Shown here: positions 57,301-64,000 of the stretch, piece after piece
Numbering within the stretch: position 1 is the stretch's first letter
Layout of the letters: each line of letters begins with the position of its first letter
IMG/VR virus record: IMGVR_UViG_3300042402_003181
Length of the DNA stretch: 64,000 bases
Strand: one strand, 5' to 3'
Origin: a virus
Made by a program: the position numbers and the translations under genes
Notes under the pieces: generated by a model
Database searches by the model: none
Told to the model about the DNA's origin: nothing
Seen by the model: only the letters and a program-made list of their open reading frames with translations

Positions 57301-59985
57301 TTCTATTCAGCAATAACTATTAGTGAGTTAACGTCTAATACTATTGCAAACGGAGTTACTCTTTCTGCATCAGCAATCGGAGTTATCGAAGTTACGTTTT
57401 TATATAATCACGGATTAGTACCAGGAGCTTCGATATCAGTTGATATTACTAGTACCGGTACAAATCATTCGTTTGCTAAAGGTCCATCTTATGTTGAATC
57501 TGTGCCAACACCGACAAGCCTACGATTTACTTCTCGTGCTTCTGGAACAATCGATACCGGTACTGCATTAACTGGCATTATATACACTCGATCAGATAGT
57601 TATTTTATTCATAGACCATACGACGGCGGCGTAATGTTAAGCACAGGCGGTCCGCAACACGGTGCTCAAGCAATTCGTATGAGTAAGAAGTATATTCGTT
57701 ACCAATCAGGTAAAGGTATTAACTATTGTACAGGTGCATTATTTGCTCCAAGTTTTAATATTCAAACTGCAGTATCGACTGGAATTACTATCGGTTCAGT
57801 TATCACAATTACTATGGATGATGTTGATCATGGTTGCCAAATTGGTGGTGTTGTTAAAATTTCAAATATTGACACAATGGGATTTAATGGGGTATACACA
57901 GTTACTGACGTAATATCAGAACGTGTATTTAGAGTACAAGCCCAAACTGTATTAGCAAGAGCAACTGCTGAGATTACTACTGCGGCAGTTATGTCAATTT
58001 TAAAATGGCACGGTTCTACAGTAAGAGCAGGGACATTTGATGATCAGAATGGCATTTTTATGCAGTATGATGGACAAACTTTTGCAGTTGGTAAACGGAC
58101 AAGTACGTTACAATTAGCAGGGGTTGCTAACCTTGCACGTGATACTAATTTAATTATTGGAACAAATTCTCGATATAGAGATCAAGTAATTGCAGGCGAT
58201 CGTATTGTTATTAAAGGTATGACCCATATTGTTACAAAAGTTATTAGTCAGACTCAAATGACAGTTAATCCGGATTATCGTGGTGCATCAAACGCAGTAC
58301 AAGCTAAATTATGTTTAGTTCAGGAATATATTACTCCTCAATCGCAATTTAACATTGACAAATTAGATGGGACTGGTCCAAGCGGATTTAACCTTGATAT
58401 TACAAAAATGCAAATGATTGGTATGCAATGGTCATGGTACGCTGTGGGTTTTATTGATTATATGTTAAGAGGAAGTGACGGTAACTTTATTTTCTTCCAC
58501 AGAATTAGAAACTCAAACGTTAATACCGAAGCATATATGCGTACAGGTAACCAAGCAGTTCGATATGAAGTTGTTAATGAAAGCGCAAAAAGTAAATTGC
58601 TTTCTTCAATCACAGCAAGCCAAACTACTATACCATTAGCCGATGCAACTAATTTTCCTAATGAAGCAGGATTAGTTTATATTGATAACGAGTTAATTAA
58701 CTTTAGTGGAAAATCAAACAATAATTTAATTGGGTGTACGCGTGCAGCACCTCAGGTATTATTTACTGGGGGGGCACAACGTACATTTACAGCAGGACCT
58801 GCAGCAACACATGAATACAATACTGGAGTAATATTAGTAAGTACGTCAATTAGTCCTATTATTAGTCATTGGGGGTCGGCTATGATGACCGACGGTAACT
58901 TTGATACTGATCGCGGGTACATTTTTAACTACGCATCTACTGGTATTAGCGTATCTACTACTAAAGCAACTGCGTTTTTAATTCGATTAGCACCGAGCGT
59001 ATCAAACGCTATTATAGGCGACTTAGGTGATAGAGAATTATTAAATCGTGCGCAGTTATTATTACAAACGCTTGAAGTAACATCTGATACAGGAACCGGT
59101 GGTATTGTTGTTGAAGGCGTATTAAATCCTCAAAACTATCCAACTGATCCTGCTAACATTACATGGGGTGGTTTAGCCGGTCTTGCACAAGGTGGACAAC
59201 CGAGTTTTGCTCAGATTGCACCGGGTGGTTCTGTAAGTTGGTCAACAGGCGCTACTCAAACTACTGCAACTGCAACTACTAGTGCAACAATGACTACAAC
59301 AATAACTACACTATATGGTACAGGTAGCCAGTCATTTATGTATATTACATCGGCATCGTGGACAAGTTCTGGAGCAATTGTTGGAGCAACCTTAACTACT
59401 AATTTTCCTGCAGGTACGACTATCACTGGCGCAACTAATCAAGGACAATATTATTTCGTTACTACTTCACAGCAATCATCTGGAAATATCAATCCAAATA
59501 TAAGCATTGGGATATCACTAGGGGGCACATTAACAAACACTAACTTCTTATATTTTACACAAGCATCGTGGGTTGCATTAGGTGCAACTGTTGGCCAATC
59601 TGTATCAGCTACTGATACCAAGTTCCCAGCTGGTACAAGGATTCAAACCATATCAACTCTATTAACATTTGGTGTAACAAATTATTATAAAGTAACATTT
59701 ACCCAAACTTCAAATACTGGTGTTACTACAGGTGCAACAATTGCGTTTACATTTGGGCAACCGCCGTACGCATTGCCGGGTGAAACTGTATTTTCATTTA
59801 TTGCAGCACCGGGTGCTACTGCAGCGTTAGATTTAAGAGATTTGAAAGAGTTGACTAATACTACACTGGGCGGAAGAGGAACATATCCAAATGGCCCAGA
59901 CGTGTTAGCTATTAATGTGTACAAGGTATCTGGTACACCAATTACAGCTAACTTAGTATTACGTTGGGGTGAAGCGCAGGCTTAG
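54340..59985 (+). CDS. Giant virion structural protein (1,881 aa)
   Basis: Two N-terminal CxRD repeats, DAIERQRVAQPQSMLDADFEYGLQ, HG(F/L) repeats and four G..Y...(D/N).(I/L).I.G....G...(D/N)D....V modules. Confidence 0.8.
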   Translation: MAKQRIQNYVFLPGVSSSSNAYPNAYSLLSTNKEFLKAETKAYINAQIAVDTASNLYPNAVTLLTNNKAFIIDEIIAWVAYRVTNNISPFVGYTYSVASCRRDTSYLIDALIYDIRYGGNEQTIDICKNMWQGGAAQLISPTQEIAGFTQIFTIITNFILPKTAYTSQQSPVTSTQNITGTAGEAAVPNRINSLRDLLTNSIPNGLSVLPPITYSLRKFAGYAYNQSRCDRDIGMLLDAYLYDLRYGGNFKTRYVSSKFWNGVIPQIVGDRQPEITAQTFLRDLVINTVFTQTAYTPLQTTIDIVTNGLTIAESGSSARITSLSNEFLGVLTNGLTSMPALTTGVTTIKLQGKYKLDSILLITNTTSNQILYNFSDPSIGGSVFIDDGYVSNDFYTEEDFPSFRQTTDHVTTLILGVDTSTGSVADDIQIFVEAKEQRTRPYDYGTDAIERQRVAQPQSMLDADFEYGLQPTKWQAIGISRGYPSVYEVPGTDTPVLNVTTDASAGTGGTGESTITVTTSSPHGFTVGMPFTIKALANSISGFSRAEGTFLINTVPTTTSFTYYAVSKVGSTNGQVLATTYTQLRKGSFYTGSAIGTPTFAVYSNGSTTTLTTQFITTVGSDQLAFTGTPPAVGAPLSGSASLTSGSQVAGVVGPGGIALTANIETSVSINDTVVVLTSASGVLEGMAIDNGAGTAIFVSNVSANTVSLTGPIVTARLGNTATYSNISGTNILVTTASATFNVSRVDGEYQATVIDGGTGYIEGNRIVILGTSVGGATPLNDLTITVSTILAGVIQTISVSGTSISGNGSYTNVTPNTTTSVSGAGATFDVTRSNAGYGLLINQSGTGFLVSETLTILGISLDGLSPDNDLVITVDSINVDGGIVTYSLIGVPVTSNAVFGTLSGTNVAAAGTNAQFNITRSNSAYSLTINDPGIGYFVGDQILILGTSIGGATSANDATILVTGVTNNTITSATILGTSVTGVTLPFYSAITISELTSNTIANGVTLSASAIGVIEVTFLYNHGLVPGASISVDITSTGTNHSFAKGPSYVESVPTPTSLRFTSRASGTIDTGTALTGIIYTRSDSYFIHRPYDGGVMLSTGGPQHGAQAIRMSKKYIRYQSGKGINYCTGALFAPSFNIQTAVSTGITIGSVITITMDDVDHGCQIGGVVKISNIDTMGFNGVYTVTDVISERVFRVQAQTVLARATAEITTAAVMSILKWHGSTVRAGTFDDQNGIFMQYDGQTFAVGKRTSTLQLAGVANLARDTNLIIGTNSRYRDQVIAGDRIVIKGMTHIVTKVISQTQMTVNPDYRGASNAVQAKLCLVQEYITPQSQFNIDKLDGTGPSGFNLDITKMQMIGMQWSWYAVGFIDYMLRGSDGNFIFFHRIRNSNVNTEAYMRTGNQAVRYEVVNESAKSKLLSSITASQTTIPLADATNFPNEAGLVYIDNELINFSGKSNNNLIGCTRAAPQVLFTGGAQRTFTAGPAATHEYNTGVILVSTSISPIISHWGSAMMTDGNFDTDRGYIFNYASTGISVSTTKATAFLIRLAPSVSNAIIGDLGDRELLNRAQLLLQTLEVTSDTGTGGIVVEGVLNPQNYPTDPANITWGGLAGLAQGGQPSFAQIAPGGSVSWSTGATQTTATATTSATMTTTITTLYGTGSQSFMYITSASWTSSGAIVGATLTTNFPAGTTITGATNQGQYYFVTTSQQSSGNINPNISIGISLGGTLTNTNFLYFTQASWVALGATVGQSVSATDTKFPAGTRIQTISTLLTFGVTNYYKVTFTQTSNTGVTTGATIAFTFGQPPYALPGETVFSFIAAPGATAALDLRDLKELTNTTLGGRGTYPNGPDVLAINVYKVSGTPITANLVLRWGEAQA
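54400..55350 (+). repeat. Two nested phycobiliprotein-like CxRD helical repeats
   Basis: SCRRDTSYLIDALIYDIRYGGN (Cys codon 54637) and RCDRDIGMLLDAYLYDLRYGGN (Cys codon 55024), preceded by two tandem NA..LL..NK.F helices. Confidence 0.7.
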
Positions 59986-60431
59986 ATACTATCGATAATA
60001 TCGATGAGTGTTTGAATCTTAGTTTGAATGACTTTGTTACGCAAGCTAAGATTTAAGCCGCGGTGTATAGGTTTAGGAAGAACGTTAATATCAAACCAAC
60101 CCCAAGCAATATGTTCATCGCTTAAAGTTGGTACAAATTCATTTTCAACTAAACAAAAATATGTATGAAAATTAAAGACACTATCGTTAGATACAAACTT
60201 TTCTAACGGTAGTGTTTTTTTAATGTCTGGAAGAAATCCAATTTCTTCTTCAATTTCTCTTGTAAGACCTTGCCACGGATTTTCGTTAACAAGGTTAGTT
60301 CCGCCTACTAACCCCCAAGTTCCTTGATGTTTACCTGAAGACTTTTGTATCAGTAAGAAGCGGTGTGTAGCACGAGAATACATTAACGCACCACTACAGA
60401 TGATTTGATCTTTTACAGTTCCAATCGCCAT
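59982..60431 (-). CDS. Nudix hydrolase
   Basis: Exact Nudix box G-x5-E-x7-REUXEEXGU: GTNLVNENPWQGLTREIEEEIGF. Confidence 0.9.
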   Translation of the reverse strand: MAIGTVKDQIICSGALMYSRATHRFLLIQKSSGKHQGTWGLVGGTNLVNENPWQGLTREIEEEIGFLPDIKKTLPLEKFVSNDSVFNFHTYFCLVENEFVPTLSDEHIAWGWFDINVLPKPIHRGLNLSLRNKVIQTKIQTLIDIIDSI

Positions 60432-61888
60432 TTACCCACCTTATAAATTCCTTCAAAACTCTTAACCCATGCAACTCCATTCCACCTGTATTGTATACCT
60501 GTGTACGTGTTAGTTTGCCAAATTATAGTATCAAATTCATTTTGAGAATCAAAAATTACGTTCCATCTAGTTCCAGACCATTCAATAATATCATTTGCAT
60601 GTGCAACTAACTCGGCGTCGTTAATACCTTTCCATGCATCTGCACCGTCTTCGTTTACAATACTTCCAATATCTTCTATTAACAAATATCTTAACCCAAT
60701 TGAAGGTAGTTGATCAGTTCCTTTGTTTAACGGATCACGCGGATTATGTGTTAACGGATTTATGATTGCATCAAACGACCCTGGACTATTTGATCTATTA
60801 TTGTTTGGATTATACGCAACATCAGTATCTAAGTTTCCAACACTGTCAATTCCTGTATTTGAATTGAGCGTATCTCTATCCCAATTTACATGTAAAATTG
60901 TTTCATCAAACTCGTCTGTAGACACAGTACCGTTAATTTCATTTCCGTTGTCTTGAATTAAGAATACTCTACTTACTCCTGAAATAAACTTATCAGGGAA
61001 CATATCTAATAACTGCGGCCACTTTAATGGCGGCGATGCGGGCTCTGGCATATCGTACGACGTATTGTTGTTTAAATCGGATACATTAGAATCATATAAC
61101 GTTAATTGACTGTTATATGCTTCAATTGTAAAATCTTCTAACACAGTAACTATTTCAGTTAGTAATGTTGACGGCTGATTATCTGCAACATCGTAGTCAG
61201 ACCCAAATCCTGAAATATACGGTGAATTTGCATCGTGTATACCTGTAATAATTTTTGTAATAACGCCAAGCTGTTTAACTTTTACTGGAGGACTAATCCA
61301 TATTGGAGTATCAACTGTTAGCGTACCAATGTCAATTGGTGTATCAGTACCAACAGGCACTGCCTTACTTGACCAATTGATGCTAGTTAAATTTAATACA
61401 GTTATACTAGTCCAATCTACATAATTGTCAGTAGTTTGTAGTTCTATACTTGGATTAAAGAACATTAAAATCTGTTCCATAATTTGTAATTTTTGGTCAG
61501 TATTTGCAGTCCATATATCAACTTTCATAGTTAATTTAAAAGGAGTTGGCATTAACCGTTCAATTGTATAATTACGACCTGGTCCGGAATTATATTCAGA
61601 TCCAACTATATCCCGTTCTCTAATATTCTTTTTACTAACAAATGTTGAATCTGATAGTCGATCTTTGTCTAATTCTAATCCATGGATGTAAACACTAATT
61701 CGTGGTATTGAATTAACTGTATTCTCTGAATTTTGTCTAATTATAGTTGCAGCTTGTCTATCAGCATCGCCATACGCTACTGGTATACGATGCAATGTGC
61801 CGTCACTGTATCTTACAGTAAATTCACTAAAAAATCTAATTGTCTGTGTGACGTACCGTCTTATGGCACCGTCATAAAAATGTTGCAT
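60413..61888 (-). CDS. gp15: Tail terminator/sheath stabiliser, T4 gp15-like, with C-terminal extension
   Basis: N-terminal FYDGAIRRYV...RIPVAYG...PRISV, then MPTPF...DIW...QI.EQIL.FFNP; adjacent to the gp14-like gene. Confidence 0.75.
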   Translation of the reverse strand: MQHFYDGAIRRYVTQTIRFFSEFTVRYSDGTLHRIPVAYGDADRQAATIIRQNSENTVNSIPRISVYIHGLELDKDRLSDSTFVSKKNIRERDIVGSEYNSGPGRNYTIERLMPTPFKLTMKVDIWTANTDQKLQIMEQILMFFNPSIELQTTDNYVDWTSITVLNLTSINWSSKAVPVGTDTPIDIGTLTVDTPIWISPPVKVKQLGVITKIITGIHDANSPYISGFGSDYDVADNQPSTLLTEIVTVLEDFTIEAYNSQLTLYDSNVSDLNNNTSYDMPEPASPPLKWPQLLDMFPDKFISGVSRVFLIQDNGNEINGTVSTDEFDETILHVNWDRDTLNSNTGIDSVGNLDTDVAYNPNNNRSNSPGSFDAIINPLTHNPRDPLNKGTDQLPSIGLRYLLIEDIGSIVNEDGADAWKGINDAELVAHANDIIEWSGTRWNVIFDSQNEFDTIIWQTNTYTGIQYRWNGVAWVKSFEGIYKVGKWRLEL

Positions 61889-61905
61889 ACATTCTCCTGT
61901 TCCAG

Positions 61906-61913
61906 TATTTATT
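61906..61913 (-). promoter_or_regulatory. Late promoter-like element (AATAAATA, minus strand)
   Basis: Lies upstream of the AGGAGA RBS (61893-61898) of the gp15-like gene. Confidence 0.55.
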
Positions 61914-61924
61914 GCAGTATAAAA

Positions 61925-63358
61925 TTACAAATCTGCTTTTGGTTTAAGTGCCGTTGATAAACTTTGACGTTCTGATTCTCTATGATTATACAAACTAACT
62001 CGCCATGCACCACTATACGGTATTACAACTTGCTCATCATTTACAATAGGTAAGTTAATTTTAATCTTTGCAACGCCATCTACATCATACGACTCGACTA
62101 TATTAGTATATTCTGCAACCGCAAAGTCTAATCTAACAGTTTCTAATTTTAATACAACATAAATTGCAGGAATACTAAAATCAATATTTGTATTAATTAC
62201 CGCTGCATCGTTAGTTAATCGTACATAATCAGTACCAACTTCGTCTGTGTACATAAATTTAGTATTGTTAACAAAACTAGTTTTTAATGTTTGTCTAGTA
62301 TTGGTATTAGTCATAGTCATGCGTACATTATCTTCAACCTTTAACCATCGTTGGCCATTAAACTTAAATAATCTGTTTGGTAAAAAGTCAAGTCTTAAAA
62401 AGTAATCATCTTTTGCAACTTCTTGCGGAAAACGAATCCCTTGTCCAAATACATAGCCATTTGGTGGAAATCCGTCACCGAACAAATAACCAGTATACCC
62501 GGTGCGCAATGGCATTGCATTACGACTAGATGCGTTTAAATTTGTTAAACCGTCAATTACTTGACCAGAATGACTTGCAGTAATTTCGTCTGAATCTACT
62601 GTAGTCAACAGTGTATGACCTGTATCGGGATCAATTGCTAATGTATAGAAATGTCTAACTTGAAATCCGCTCATTGGAGAATCAAGTTCTGCTTGTTTTA
62701 CAATTGCATCGCTAATTTCAAGTTCTTTAGTTCGGGTACTTAACAATTCACGCAATGCATAATTAGCATCTTCGCCCGCAGGTTGATCAAGGATATCGGC
62801 ATATTGTTGACTATCTGTAAGTTTTTTAAGTTTTAATCTATATAAATGAGGATACCACGTGGCACTGTAGCCTTCACTAGGACGATCAACCTCTTCAATA
62901 ACAAAGAACCTAGGCATGCTTAAATCTAAGTCGTTTAATGCAAAATCATCTTTTAGATGTGGCAATTCCATAACATCGCCGGCAAGTGGTTTACGACCAA
63001 TTGTAGTGATTATGTCATTAATGTGTACAGTCATAAACACTGTATCGTTATCAATAAATAGACCAAACTGACTTAGGTTAAAATTAAGATTTTGAAGTTG
63101 ATAATGACCACGAATACGATAAATTTCTTGCTCGTACTTACGATCACGGTTTTCTAAGAATAATAAATCTTGAATATTTGTTTCTTTTATTACATCATAT
63201 ATTGGTTGATCAGCAGTTCCTTCTAACGGATTTTTAGGTCCTAAATATTTATGAACGTGAACATCTGTGCAACCGACTTGGAACATCATTGATATTTGAC
63301 GATCGATAAATCTGTAGTTATTGCCTTTCTCGGGTTTATAAAGACTAAGCCTCGGCAT
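61925..63358 (-). CDS. gp14: Neck/head-closure protein, T4 gp14-like, with C-terminal extension
   Basis: LFLENRDRKY...LSQFGLFI..D..F.TVH...GRKPLAGDVMELPH; located between the gp13- and gp15-like genes. Confidence 0.7.
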   Translation of the reverse strand: MPRLSLYKPEKGNNYRFIDRQISMMFQVGCTDVHVHKYLGPKNPLEGTADQPIYDVIKETNIQDLLFLENRDRKYEQEIYRIRGHYQLQNLNFNLSQFGLFIDNDTVFMTVHINDIITTIGRKPLAGDVMELPHLKDDFALNDLDLSMPRFFVIEEVDRPSEGYSATWYPHLYRLKLKKLTDSQQYADILDQPAGEDANYALRELLSTRTKELEISDAIVKQAELDSPMSGFQVRHFYTLAIDPDTGHTLLTTVDSDEITASHSGQVIDGLTNLNASSRNAMPLRTGYTGYLFGDGFPPNGYVFGQGIRFPQEVAKDDYFLRLDFLPNRLFKFNGQRWLKVEDNVRMTMTNTNTRQTLKTSFVNNTKFMYTDEVGTDYVRLTNDAAVINTNIDFSIPAIYVVLKLETVRLDFAVAEYTNIVESYDVDGVAKIKINLPIVNDEQVVIPYSGAWRVSLYNHRESERQSLSTALKPKADL

Positions 63359-63381
63359 ATTACTTCTCCTTGAGTGTTATC

Positions 63382-63403
63382 ATATTTATCGTAAGATAAA
63401 TAT
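63382..63403. promoter_or_regulatory. Back-to-back divergent late promoter-like elements
   Basis: Inverted repeat ATATTTATC-GTAA-GATAAATAT gives GATAAATA on each strand; AGGAG RBSs lie on both sides. Confidence 0.7.
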
Positions 63404-63418
63404 AGTAGGAGAACTATT

Positions 63419-64000
63419 ATGTCTGACGAAACCACATCATTGATAGAAAGAAATAAAGTATTTGAATATGTAAGCACTATGTTAGGTGCGGGAATGATTG
63501 ATTTGGACCTCGACCCAATTCATTACGAAACTGCATTAGATAGAGCGTTAACTCGCTTTAGACAACGCAGTCCAAATGCAGTAGAAGAAAGTTATAGCTT
63601 TTTAGAACTAGTACAAGATCAAAACGATTACAGATTACCTGACGAAATTATAGAAGTACAGAGTGTATTTAGACGTGCTATTGGTTCACGTTCCGGTATG
63701 GGTGCAGGTGGAACATTGTTTGAACCATTTAACTTGGCGTATACTAATACATACATGATGAGTGGTAGTATGATGGGCGGACTTGCAACTTATGAATTGT
63801 TTGCAGGTTACCAAAAACTAGTTGGTAAAATGTTTGGTAGTTATATTGAGTTTAAATGGAAACCTACTAGTCATGTGTTGACAATCTTACAACGTCCATT
63901 TGCACAAGGTGAACAGATTTTAATTAAGTCACATAATTATCGACCTGACTTTGTATTATTAACTGACATCTATGCTAAACAATGGTTGCGTGACTATACA
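63419..64000 (+). CDS. gp13: Neck/head-tail adaptor protein, T4 gp13-like (3'-truncated; absent from the ORF track)
   Basis: An open frame of 194 codons runs to the window end: MSDETTSLIERNKVFEYVSTMLGAGMIDLDLDPIHYETALDRALTRFRQRSPNAVEESY...KQWLRDYT. The LG...I..(E/D)L pattern and the terminal W(L/I)+DYT are typical of gp13. Confidence 0.8.
   Translation, partial: MSDETTSLIERNKVFEYVSTMLGAGMIDLDLDPIHYETALDRALTRFRQRSPNAVEESYSFLELVQDQNDYRLPDEIIEVQSVFRRAIGSRSGMGAGGTLFEPFNLAYTNTYMMSGSMMGGLATYELFAGYQKLVGKMFGSYIEFKWKPTSHVLTILQRPFAQGEQILIKSHNYRPDFVLLTDIYAKQWLRDYT

Noticed and set aside
63286-63477. 63-aa minus-strand ORF across the gp13/gp14 junction
   Set aside because: It overlaps both real genes and the promoter gap, and has no RBS or motif.
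1-64000. Stop-codon reassignment
   Set aside because: Genes up to 9.5 kb are open under the standard code, and TAA, TAG and TGA all end genes at sensible boundaries.

Overview
This window is the AT-rich virion-morphogenesis region of a large T4-like (gp23/gp13/gp14/gp15-type) tailed phage. It opens with the end of a scaffold gene and the major capsid gene. About 57 kb of fibre, adhesin and baseplate-like genes follow, including four giant proteins of 1,881-3,165 aa. It ends with a Nudix gene, gp15- and gp14-like genes on the minus strand and a truncated gp13-like gene. Two enzyme cassettes sit among the structural genes. One is a 2OG-Fe(II) oxygenase plus two paralogous proteins behind a Tyr/Asn tandem-repeat protein. 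The other is an inverted GT9-like glycosyltransferase / SGNH-like / carbamoyltransferase operon with a sigma70-type promoter, next to three Cys-rich adhesin-like genes and two tail-chaperone-like genes. The most striking signal is a helical repeat, C-x-R-D-(I/V)-G-Y-x6-Y-D-(L/M/I)-x2-G-G/S-N. It occurs as 8 Cys-bearing copies plus 1 degenerate copy in the four giant proteins and matches the chromophore-attachment helix of phycocyanin alpha in residues and spacing. This suggests globin/phycobiliprotein-like, possibly bilin-binding, domains on the virion. No tRNA, rRNA, CRISPR array, integrase or transposase was recognised. All family assignments come from motif recognition by eye; no database search was run.
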